This document shows, piece after piece, positions 17,653 through 26,113 of a stretch of 32,000 nucleotides of DNA. This stretch comes from Candidatus Thorarchaeota archaeon. GTDB taxonomy: Archaea; Asgardarchaeota; Heimdallarchaeia; Hodarchaeales; Hodarchaeaceae. Below the pieces are notes generated by a model. It was given only the letters and a program-made list of their open reading frames with translations. It was not told the origin of the DNA and ran no database searches. A program made the translations under genes and the position numbers. Numbering within the stretch: position 1 is the first letter of the stretch; each line of letters opens with the position of its first letter. Location of the stretch: positions 91,894 through 123,893 of the forward strand of contig JBHLRO010000009.1 of NCBI GenBank assembly GCA_048882505.1. The letters run 5' to 3'.

Positions 17653-18276
17653 GTGACAACTCTAACTGAACCAATCGACGAGAATTATCTTCGGATGGTT
17701 GAAGAAGAGCTAATGATCCGAGGTGGAAGATGGATAGCAAGTTTCGATACTGCATTTCGTAAATTTCTTGTTTCTAATGCCCTCAAAAACGTAGATACAG
17801 ATAAAACTCACAATAAGTCCGAATATGCGACAATGGTTTACGGGGGGGTTAGGAGCGGAGGTTTATTACTTTCCAGGGCTTTTGCTTTTATGGCCAGTCC
17901 AACCTATAAAGTTGGATTAGGGGCAATATTTTTGCCTGATCCGACGAGGGCCAAATGGTCGACAATCGTCCAGTATCTTCGTGAGTCTGGTTTCGTAAAA
18001 GATGTGATGGAATTCGAGTGGATGTGGATTCTGTTGTTTGGCCACGGAAAGCTCCCTCCCAAGGCGGCTGATAACCTTCAGCGCCATACCTCTAGGGAGC
18101 TGGGACTCCTTTATGCGGATTTAAAACATAAAACAATTATTAATTCGGACGCATTTATTTCTCGTAGAGGCGCAAAGCTATTTAATCCTGCAAATCTTGA
18201 TAAAAAGCCGTACCGATCAAAATTTACGGCAAAAAGAGCTGAAGAAGTTGACTCCAGAAAAGGATACTCCTCTTAA
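17653..18276 (+). CDS. Hypothetical soluble alpha/beta protein (207 aa)
   Basis: Long ORF with GAGG upstream of GTG and normal composition. No motif confidently recognised. Confidence 0.75.
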   Translation: MTTLTEPIDENYLRMVEEELMIRGGRWIASFDTAFRKFLVSNALKNVDTDKTHNKSEYATMVYGGVRSGGLLLSRAFAFMASPTYKVGLGAIFLPDPTRAKWSTIVQYLRESGFVKDVMEFEWMWILLFGHGKLPPKAADNLQRHTSRELGLLYADLKHKTIINSDAFISRRGAKLFNPANLDKKPYRSKFTAKRAEEVDSRKGYSS

Positions 18277-18763
18277 ACCTAGTGAAGAATTTTCACCGAA
18301 TATTCTTCAAACAAGGGCACTGTGGAATTTTCTCTGGATCTTTCTGACCATCCTTGCCGTGGAAACTTTAGGATTTGTATTAATTCGAGTAAACATCGCC
18401 GCCTGGCAAGGAATTATAGTAATCGATCTTGGAGCGGTTTTTTTCTTGATTCTTGGGGCATTAACCCTGGGATACCTATATTACACAAGATACGTAAAAC
18501 GTGTGATAATTTTCGGTGATAAGAGATTTAGCATAAGTGTAGGTAAAAATCTCTATCAATATGAGTGGAAGAATTTTAGAATGGTTGCATTAGCTATCGC
18601 TAGGGGTACAGCAGGCGTGAAAGGTTTCCTAATTCGCATTTATCAAGGCGACCTTGAGTCAGAGTATGTAGACCTTCCGATTTATAGGTTTTCAAAAAAA
18701 ATCAATGCCTTTGACCTAAGGAGCCAGATTGACGAAAAGATTAGTTCGGTTGGAGGTAAGTAA
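18197..18763 (+). CDS. Hypothetical membrane protein: two TM helices plus a beta-rich (PH-like?) domain; likely start TTG at 18248
   Basis: Two hydrophobic helices followed by VIIFGDKRFSISVG...YEWKNF...FLIRI, a layout seen in bacterial-PH-domain proteins. Confidence 0.7.
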   Translation: MIKSRTDQNLRQKELKKLTPEKDTPLKPSEEFSPNILQTRALWNFLWIFLTILAVETLGFVLIRVNIAAWQGIIVIDLGAVFFLILGALTLGYLYYTRYVKRVIIFGDKRFSISVGKNLYQYEWKNFRMVALAIARGTAGVKGFLIRIYQGDLESEYVDLPIYRFSKKINAFDLRSQIDEKISSVGGK

Positions 18764-18881
18764 TAGATACTTTAATTGAAATGGGTGGGAACATAAGACT
18801 GGGCGAGAATCTTCTCTGATTCCACCTTGACCTTTACTCTAAAGACGATTCACCTCTGTTTGAAGTTGGAATACTCATATA

Positions 18882-19709
18882 CTAGCGATTCCTAGAGCGG
18901 GGTTCCCCTGGAAACCGTGGTTTCCCATCATCTTTGATCGATGGATCCTTAACGACCCGACCAACACGTTGCTTAGCATAAAAGCCTTTATTCCCGAGCT
19001 TAGCGAGATTCGTGGTCATCTCCAATACCAAACGGAGGAGGAGAGGAGATTTCGTGTCTTCATCTAGTTTTGCCACAACACGGATCGATGGAGTCGCTAA
19101 AGGATAGAGGGACACCCGAACAAGATGCTTTCTGGCAGAAAAGACGATTTTTAGGATATTGGGGGCCCCCTCAAAAAGCGCCTGAAAGAACTCCAGATCG
19201 TTTACTCGAAGAAGAAATTGAGCATCTAGGTCTTTGTTTCGAAAATCCATCACCTCCATTCTCCCCAGCATATCCATGAGCGATTTTATCCCTTTTTCAT
19301 CGCTTCGGGCCAGGATTTCTAATTGATATCGATGGACAATCTTATCCCTGGGATCTGCTTCTATGAGAACGTAATCCTTGCGCTTACGAACCAAGGCTCC
19401 TAGCTTACTCACGATTAGATGTCGTGGAACCATCGTATAGTGAAGTCTCAGATTTTGAATAGCCAAATCCTGTTTGAATTCAGTTCGGTATGATCTACCA
19501 ATAGTACTGGTCTCATCAAGTATAAATGTGTCAATCCATGCACTTGAACTTTGTTTTATATCCTCAAATGATGAGTCCATGATTTTATTGTTCTTTCTTT
19601 TGCCAAAGACGTATATCATAATCCCCACCATTACCGCGAGGAGGGAGATAACTAGTGTTGGCAAGAAGTAGATAAAATAGGCCCAGACAATATCGATAAT
19701 GGATGCCAT
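18882..19709 (-). CDS. CCDC47/DUF1682 (PAT complex subunit)-like single-pass membrane protein
   Basis: TM helix followed by IYVFGKRKNNKI...F, and LRLHYTMVPRHLIVSKLGALVRKRKDYVLIE. These align by eye with human CCDC47 as recalled (NYIIGKNKNSRL...WF; [30 protein letters not shown]). Confidence 0.6.
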   Translation of the reverse strand: MASIIDIVWAYFIYFLPTLVISLLAVMVGIMIYVFGKRKNNKIMDSSFEDIKQSSSAWIDTFILDETSTIGRSYRTEFKQDLAIQNLRLHYTMVPRHLIVSKLGALVRKRKDYVLIEADPRDKIVHRYQLEILARSDEKGIKSLMDMLGRMEVMDFRNKDLDAQFLLRVNDLEFFQALFEGAPNILKIVFSARKHLVRVSLYPLATPSIRVVAKLDEDTKSPLLLRLVLEMTTNLAKLGNKGFYAKQRVGRVVKDPSIKDDGKPRFPGEPRSRNR

Positions 19710-19837
19710 TTATTTTTCAATCCATTAGGTGGTTCACCGCAAATAAAGTTTGAATCTAAAGAATTTTCGTTGAAGCAATACTCAGAAATCCCACGAGCAT
19801 TCAGATTTTATTTGGTTTTAAATCCAAAGATTCCAAC

Positions 19838-20515
19838 CTATGGCGCATATCCTGCCTCTCGCATGATTTGTATGGATGAGCTAACTCCCAAACGACTTGC
19901 ACCTGCATTGATCATACTGAGAGCATCTTCAAAATGGCGGATACCTCCTGCGGCCTTGACCTTAATTCGGTTACCGACCGTTTCGGCCAGGAGTTTAACA
20001 TCATGAATTGTGGCTCCAGTAGGGGCGAAGCCCGTACTTGTTTTGACATAAGCAGCCTCTGCCTCCGCTACACAGCGTGCTGCTTCTCTTTTTAGAGAAT
20101 CTGTAAGATAAGCTGTCTCGATAATAACCTTAACTGGAATATCTGGGACGCTTTCAACAACTGCAAGGATATCTTGCCTAGCTTTGATCCAATTCTCTTC
20201 CAAAATCAAGCCTAGGTTTGCCACCATGTCAATTTCCGTAGCCCCGTTCTTCACAGCTTCTCGAGCCTCATATGCCTTTTGATTTGGAGGTAAAGCCCCA
20301 AATGGAAAAGAAATACAAGCGGTTACATCAATTCCAGTGTTTTTAAGTTCCTGTGCTGTTAGTTTTACCCACACTGGATTAACCGTCATTGAGGCAAAAT
20401 TCCAGTCTCTTGTTTCCTGTGCTACACGTTTTATGTCTTTCTCACCTGTAGTTGGCCGTAGAACTGAATGATCTATGAACTTCGCAAATTCCTCTTTAGA
20501 GAAACTCATTTTCAA
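19838..20515 (-). CDS. deoC: Deoxyribose-phosphate aldolase
   Basis: IDHSVL, GATEIDMV, VKVIIET, VKTSTGF, VKAAGGIR and RLGVSS motifs. Confidence 0.97.
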   Translation of the reverse strand: MKMSFSKEEFAKFIDHSVLRPTTGEKDIKRVAQETRDWNFASMTVNPVWVKLTAQELKNTGIDVTACISFPFGALPPNQKAYEAREAVKNGATEIDMVANLGLILEENWIKARQDILAVVESVPDIPVKVIIETAYLTDSLKREAARCVAEAEAAYVKTSTGFAPTGATIHDVKLLAETVGNRIKVKAAGGIRHFEDALSMINAGASRLGVSSSIQIMREAGYAP

Positions 20516-20697
20516 TCACCTTAAGGTTTTTCACGTCTGAGAAACCCAAGTATAACCCTTTAATTATCATATCCCAGACACAGGTAGGCAAGGGGTTTAT
20601 CGCTTTATGCCCGTTTTATCATTATATATGGATTCAACAACACTCAAGTTTAATAGAATTGAGTAATTCTCATCTAAGAGATTTCTGAGAGATTTTA

Positions 20698-22002
20698 ATG
20701 AATAATCAATCCATGCTGATTATCGGCGTACTCTCAATGTTTGCCATCGTGTTTGTATTTTATGAATTTCGCCTTCCCATAGATTCCTCAACTACAGGTA
20801 GCTATTCCCTAGAGAATGCTTTTCCCAATCTAACGTTCACAAATCCAGTTGGCATCTACTCACCTGGAAATTCAAGCAACCGGTTGTTTGTGGTAGAACA
20901 AGCAGGAAACATCTTTTCATTTGAGAATACTCCGGGAGTAGATACCAAGGAGCTGTTTCTTGACATTACTGAAAAAGTCCTATACGGAGGGGAACAGGGT
21001 CTGCTGGGACTAGCATTTTATCCGAATTATTTCGAAAATGGATATTTCTATATCAACTATATGACGAGTAATCCTCGCAGAACGGTTATCTCCCGCTTCA
21101 CGGTCGATTTGAAAACCCCCCTATTTGCAGATATTGCGAGTGAAGAAATTATTATCGAGATCGGTCAACCGTATGCCAATCATAATGGAGGTCAGATAGC
21201 CTTTAATCTGGCCGATGGATTCCTATATATAGGTCTTGGTGATGGTGGAAGTGGAGGAGACCCTTTAAATCATGGACAAAACCGATCCACGTTATTAGGA
21301 AGCATGCTGAGAATTGATGTCAATCATCAGAAAAATGGCCTAGCTTATGCCATTCCTGCTGATAACCCATTTAATGGAAACACCCAGGGGTACAGAGAGG
21401 AGATTTATGCTTGGGGTTTCAGAAATCCTTGGCGATTTAGCTTTGATCAGAACGGTACCGTCTGGGTCGGAGATGTTGGCCAAAATACTAAAGAAGAAAT
21501 CAGTCTTATCACAAAAAAAGGTCAGAATTTCGGGTGGAACATCATGGAGGGATTTTCTTGTTACAGCCCAGCAGGCGGCTGTAATCAGACTGGTTTAACA
21601 TTACCAATCTGGGATTATGGCCGATCTGAAGGAACAACCATCATAGGTGGATTTGTCTATGATGGGAATTCACTCTCTGAACTCGTTGGAAAATATGTCT
21701 ATGGAGATTATGGGTCAGGAAAGATCTGGGCGCTGGAATACGATGGAATAAAAGCCGTGAATACCCTTCTCATTGACTCCAATTTGGATATTCTTTCATT
21801 TGGAGTAGATAATGCAAAGGACATCTATGTTTGTTCTTCTGATGGGCGGATCTATAAGTTAGCGGCCCCTAAGAATTCTTCGGTTACGACTCTTACTACA
21901 ACAACTAGTATGCCAAATATCACCAGTTTTTTATCTTTCATGATAGTCCCTGTTCTATTAATTTTAGCTATCAGGAAACAAAAGAGAAAAAAAATGGCTT
22001 AA
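20698..22002 (+). CDS. PQQ-dependent soluble-type glucose/aldose sugar dehydrogenase (GSDH family), exported and C-terminally anchored
   Basis: EQGLLGLAFYPNY, HNGGQIAF, LYIGLGDGGSGGDP, GFRNPWRFSFD and GDVGQ. It has an N-terminal hydrophobic leader and a C-terminal Thr-rich linker, TM helix and basic tail. Confidence 0.9.
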   Translation: MNNQSMLIIGVLSMFAIVFVFYEFRLPIDSSTTGSYSLENAFPNLTFTNPVGIYSPGNSSNRLFVVEQAGNIFSFENTPGVDTKELFLDITEKVLYGGEQGLLGLAFYPNYFENGYFYINYMTSNPRRTVISRFTVDLKTPLFADIASEEIIIEIGQPYANHNGGQIAFNLADGFLYIGLGDGGSGGDPLNHGQNRSTLLGSMLRIDVNHQKNGLAYAIPADNPFNGNTQGYREEIYAWGFRNPWRFSFDQNGTVWVGDVGQNTKEEISLITKKGQNFGWNIMEGFSCYSPAGGCNQTGLTLPIWDYGRSEGTTIIGGFVYDGNSLSELVGKYVYGDYGSGKIWALEYDGIKAVNTLLIDSNLDILSFGVDNAKDIYVCSSDGRIYKLAAPKNSSVTTLTTTTSMPNITSFLSFMIVPVLLILAIRKQKRKKMA

Positions 22003-22015
22003 GGGGATCCCTCTA

Positions 22016-24739
22016 TCAGGTTGTGGCGCGCGAGTTTCGGAGTGAGGTCTGGGCGGCTGCAAGTCGTGCGACCGGAACCCGAAAAGGCGAACAAGAGACA
22101 TAATCCATTCCAAGTCTATAACAAAAATCAATACTCTTGGGATCTCCCCCTTGTTCCCCGCATATGCCAATCTTGATCAAAGGGTTGACTTCTCTAGCTT
22201 CTTTGACACACAATTCCATTAGACGTCCCACGCCCTTAAAATCGATTTCTATGAATGGATCTGTATCGAGAAGCCTTTTTTCAATATATAGAGGAAGGAA
22301 CTTGGCAACATCGTCACGCGAGAACCCTAAGGTCATTTGGTGAAGATCGTTTGTACCAAATGAAAGAAATTCAGCTCCCCGGGTTGCAATACGAGCGGCA
22401 GTGAGAGCCGCCCTGGGAGTTTCAATCATTGTACCAAGTTTATAAGGAATGACCATTCCTTTCTGTTCAAATTCTTCTTTGATTGTTTTATCAATGATCT
22501 CTCTGACAAAAGTAAATTCACGACCTGTAATAAGCAATGGTACCATAATTTCGGGTAGAACATCCATTCCTTCTTGTTTAACATTCATCGCTCCCTCGAT
22601 AATTGCCTTGGCCTGCATCACGATGATTTCGGGGTAAACAATCGAAAGCCTAACTCCTCGAAATCCCATCATTGGATTTGCTTCTTCGAACTCTCGAAGC
22701 CGAGGGAGTAGTTTCTTGACAGCCTCTATATCGCCAGGCTGAATTTCCCCCTTCAAAAGTTCTAGTTCTAGTTTATTTGGATCGGGTAAAAACTCGTGTA
22801 ACGGGGGGTCAATAAGTCGAATTGTAACAGGTTTCCCCTCTGCTGCCCGAAAAAGATTTTCGAAATCTGATCTTTGAAATCCAATTAGGAGGTCAAGTTT
22901 ACTCTGCCGTTCTTTGAGGGTATTGGCCAGGATCATCTCACGGACTATTGGCAGCCGATTTTTTTCGAAAAACTGGTGTTCAGTTCGGGCCAATCCAATA
23001 CCTTGTGCTTTGAACTTCATAGCGATTGCTGTGTCTTCAGCCTTATCAGCATTTGTCCGTACACCAATCTTAGCCCGCGAATCGGCCCAGTCCAGAATCT
23101 TGACTAGTTCAGGTGGAAGATCACTAGGAATGATAATTGCTCCCTTGCCTGAGTAGATCTTCCCTTCAAATGCGTCCAATGTTATCCACTCTCCTTCCCT
23201 AATTGAGTGTTCCTTAGATGCGAGTACGGGCACACCTGCTTGTTCAAAAACTGTAAGTCCGGAAAGTTCAGCTCCCACTATGCAGCGTTTGCCTATTTGC
23301 CTGGATACGATCGCAGCGTGACTTGTAATCCCTCCTCGAATAGTCAGGATACCGTCGCTTGCCACCATACCATGAAAATCCTCAGGGCTAGTCTCCTCCC
23401 GCACTAGAATGACCGAATGCTTGGGATGTTCCTTTTTATATTGCTCTGCTCGGTCACTATCAAAGATCGCGTACCCAGTAGCTGCGCCGGGCCCAGCTGC
23501 AAGACCTCTTCCTAGTAGAGTAAGTGTTTCATGTCTTTCCTCTCCATTTTCTTTCACTAACTGGAGACCGTGCTTTTCCGATATCCAATTAATCCGTGGA
23601 AACATACAATTTTCGACATCACGTGGAGTAACGCGTAAAATAGCATCATCCTTAGTAATGAGGCCTTCCTCCGCCATATCATGAGCGATTTTTACCGCAG
23701 CAACTCCCGTTCGCTTACCATTGCGCGTCTGGAGCAGGAAGAGTTTCCCATCCATAATTGTAAATTCAACATCTTGCATGTCAGTATAATGCCGCTCTAA
23801 CATTTTCACGGTATCATATAATTGCGAGTATATTTCAGGGAACTGTTTTTGAAGGTGAGCGATTGGAACTGGGGTTCGAATACCCGCGACAACGTCCTCC
23901 CCTTGCGCATTCACCAAGTATTCTCCATAGATTTCATCTTCTCCGCTTGAGGGGTTCCTAGTAAACAATACACCAGTCCCCGAATCATCTCCCAGGTTGC
24001 CATATACCATCATTTGAACATTGACCGCGGTTCCAAGGTCATCTGGGATCATTTCGTGCTCTCGATAGGCAATTGCTCGGGGATTATTCCAGCTCTTAAA
24101 TACACTTGTAATAGCTAGTTTTAATTGTTCTATGGGATCTTGGGGAAAATCAGTGCCCAAATTTTCACGATATATCTTTTTGTAAAGGCCAACCAAGCGT
24201 CTTAGGTGTGTCGAATCTAATTCAAAGTCGTATTCTACATTAGCTTCTTTTTTAATGTTAAGAAGGGCAGTTTCGAAGAGTTTACTAGGGATATTCATTG
24301 CAACATTGCTAAACATTTGGATGAAGCGACGGTATGAGTCCCAGGCAAACCGCGGATTGGTTTCATGGCTCATATTCTCTACGATTATATCGTTGATACC
24401 TAAATTGAGGATAGTATCCATCATCCCTGGCATAGAGAACTTTGCACCACTTCTTACCGAAACCAGCAACGTTTTGCCGCTTCCTCGTGTTTCGGATCCA
24501 AATTTCATTTGTACATCGCTTTCTAGCGATTTTAGAGCTTCTCTGATTTGATGTTCCAAACCTTCAGGCCAGGAGACATTTTTCATATAATAAATACATG
24601 CTTTGGTTGTTATAGTAAAACCAAGGGGTACAGGTACCCCTAGATTTGTCATTTCAGCAATATTAGCCCCTTTTCCCCCAAGTAAGTCCCTAAGTTCCTT
24701 ATTCCCTTCTCGGAATAGATACGCCCATTTCTGTACCAT
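22016..24739 (-). CDS. ppdK: Pyruvate, phosphate dikinase; start re-called to ATG at 24739
   Basis: LGGKGANIAEM, VSVRSGA..SMPGMMDTILNLG, LLQTRNGKRT, GGITSHAAIVSR (phospho-His), GIGLARTEH, SFGTNDL and GICGE motifs. Confidence 0.97.
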   Translation of the reverse strand: MVQKWAYLFREGNKELRDLLGGKGANIAEMTNLGVPVPLGFTITTKACIYYMKNVSWPEGLEHQIREALKSLESDVQMKFGSETRGSGKTLLVSVRSGAKFSMPGMMDTILNLGINDIIVENMSHETNPRFAWDSYRRFIQMFSNVAMNIPSKLFETALLNIKKEANVEYDFELDSTHLRRLVGLYKKIYRENLGTDFPQDPIEQLKLAITSVFKSWNNPRAIAYREHEMIPDDLGTAVNVQMMVYGNLGDDSGTGVLFTRNPSSGEDEIYGEYLVNAQGEDVVAGIRTPVPIAHLQKQFPEIYSQLYDTVKMLERHYTDMQDVEFTIMDGKLFLLQTRNGKRTGVAAVKIAHDMAEEGLITKDDAILRVTPRDVENCMFPRINWISEKHGLQLVKENGEERHETLTLLGRGLAAGPGAATGYAIFDSDRAEQYKKEHPKHSVILVREETSPEDFHGMVASDGILTIRGGITSHAAIVSRQIGKRCIVGAELSGLTVFEQAGVPVLASKEHSIREGEWITLDAFEGKIYSGKGAIIIPSDLPPELVKILDWADSRAKIGVRTNADKAEDTAIAMKFKAQGIGLARTEHQFFEKNRLPIVREMILANTLKERQSKLDLLIGFQRSDFENLFRAAEGKPVTIRLIDPPLHEFLPDPNKLELELLKGEIQPGDIEAVKKLLPRLREFEEANPMMGFRGVRLSIVYPEIIVMQAKAIIEGAMNVKQEGMDVLPEIMVPLLITGREFTFVREIIDKTIKEEFEQKGMVIPYKLGTMIETPRAALTAARIATRGAEFLSFGTNDLHQMTLGFSRDDVAKFLPLYIEKRLLDTDPFIEIDFKGVGRLMELCVKEAREVNPLIKIGICGEQGGDPKSIDFCYRLGMDYVSCSPFRVPVARLAAAQTSLRNSRATT

Positions 24740-24972
24740 TTTAATTGTCATTCCTGATATTGAGGAGCATCCTGCCACTCATAGTTAAGCCAAAGGAGAC
24801 ATTGTTCCATTGTAAATAAGATTTCGACCATCTCAAAAAACTGGGTAAAGAATTATCGTAGTGAAAAAGCTCTTCAAGAGTGGTTTCATCCATATGTTGT
24901 GCTCTTGAATAAACATCTGAAGAATGGAAATTAATTTTTCCATCATCCCATGGAACATCTATCTCCCCTAAG

Positions 24973-25734
24973 GTGATCGTGTTGATTGGTGTTGAAATCA
25001 TGGATAAAGGGTCAGGACTACCCTTATTTTCTTATGAATTCCGTCCTCACATGCTTTTTCACCCAGAGATCCGTGGTGGAATTATTACATCAATCATGCA
25101 AGTAATGGAAGACACATTTGGCGACCAAGTGCAAGCAACACGGCACGTTAAATATGGGCAATATGTGGCAATTGTTGCAGAGGGAAAACACACCTATGGC
25201 GTGTTTTTTACATACCAAACGGGGCCAGTTTATGAAAGGTTTATTGTTGACTTGGTTAACAGCTTTGAAAGCAAATTCGGCAAGGCTTTGGCTGATAAAT
25301 CATGGGATGGAGTTGTAGACACCAAACAGTTCGAGTTTACAAAGGAGTGCAATCAAGCGTTTGAATCACTCATAAAACTGGATACAGAAAAACTGGAAAA
25401 GTTATTGGAAATCCTTCATTCCCAAAGCGATTACTTCTTTGATGATATGCTCATCTATTCTAGACCAGAAATGAGTCAGATATACACACATTTAACAAGT
25501 GATCGTCTAGCTTCTGTGGGAGATGAAGTTGCAGCAACAATAAAGCAGGTCCTAGACCTTTCTAATCGAACACAATTTCCTATTAATAATTTTCAGCTTG
25601 GATTATCTGGAGAATTTTACGCTCTGCTATGGAATGTTTTCCCGTATGCAATTGTGATTTTTGTAGAAAAGAAGGATTTAGATCTAGCTCATTTACGGAT
25701 AACGGAGATTACTGACAACTTTAAGGAAGGGTGA
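24973..25734 (+). CDS. Longin-domain protein with a second roadblock/longin-like domain; the true start is probably 24979 or 24982
   Basis: N-terminal IMDKGSGLPLFSYEF...GGIITSI.......F...F...F pattern of Asgard-type longin domains. The C-terminal half has a beta-alpha-beta-beta-beta-alpha pattern. Confidence 0.6.
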   Translation: MIVLIGVEIMDKGSGLPLFSYEFRPHMLFHPEIRGGIITSIMQVMEDTFGDQVQATRHVKYGQYVAIVAEGKHTYGVFFTYQTGPVYERFIVDLVNSFESKFGKALADKSWDGVVDTKQFEFTKECNQAFESLIKLDTEKLEKLLEILHSQSDYFFDDMLIYSRPEMSQIYTHLTSDRLASVGDEVAATIKQVLDLSNRTQFPINNFQLGLSGEFYALLWNVFPYAIVIFVEKKDLDLAHLRITEITDNFKEG

Positions 25735-26113
25735 ACGGGAATAACTGGGATGCTATTGGAGTTTAATTCATCTAATTACCCAAGAGAATACGTTTTTCAT
25801 CCTAATTCTAAATGCTTCAGAGATATGGAAAAAAACTCCCGAAGATTCCTAAATTTGAGCAATGGACAATAGATAAAGAATGTATTTCCTGAAATTTACC
25901 ACGGTTTCATTGCCGGACAGATGAAGGGCATCCATAAGCAAGAGTGAGATAAAGGGTGGAATGGGTGTTTGATTATCCATTTTTTGCTTGAATCATAGAT
26001 GTCCCGCATTATTGCGTAAGAACGATATGTTCTGGACGTTTTCCCAAAGCAAGCATTTAAAGGTCAAAACAAAGGCAGGATTGGCATAAGCAGTAGTTGA
26101 GCGTTCCAATTAG

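Noticed and set aside
24740-24778. N-terminal extension of ppdK in the ORF track
   Set aside because: PPDK similarity begins at MVQKWAYLF (ATG 24739); the extension shows no homology.
25750-26010. One frame reads MLLEF...FRDMEKNSRRFLNLSNGQ*IKNVFPEIYHG..., faintly PAS-like, suggesting a decayed gene
   Set aside because: Several stops and only a vague resemblance; this cannot be distinguished from chance without a profile search.
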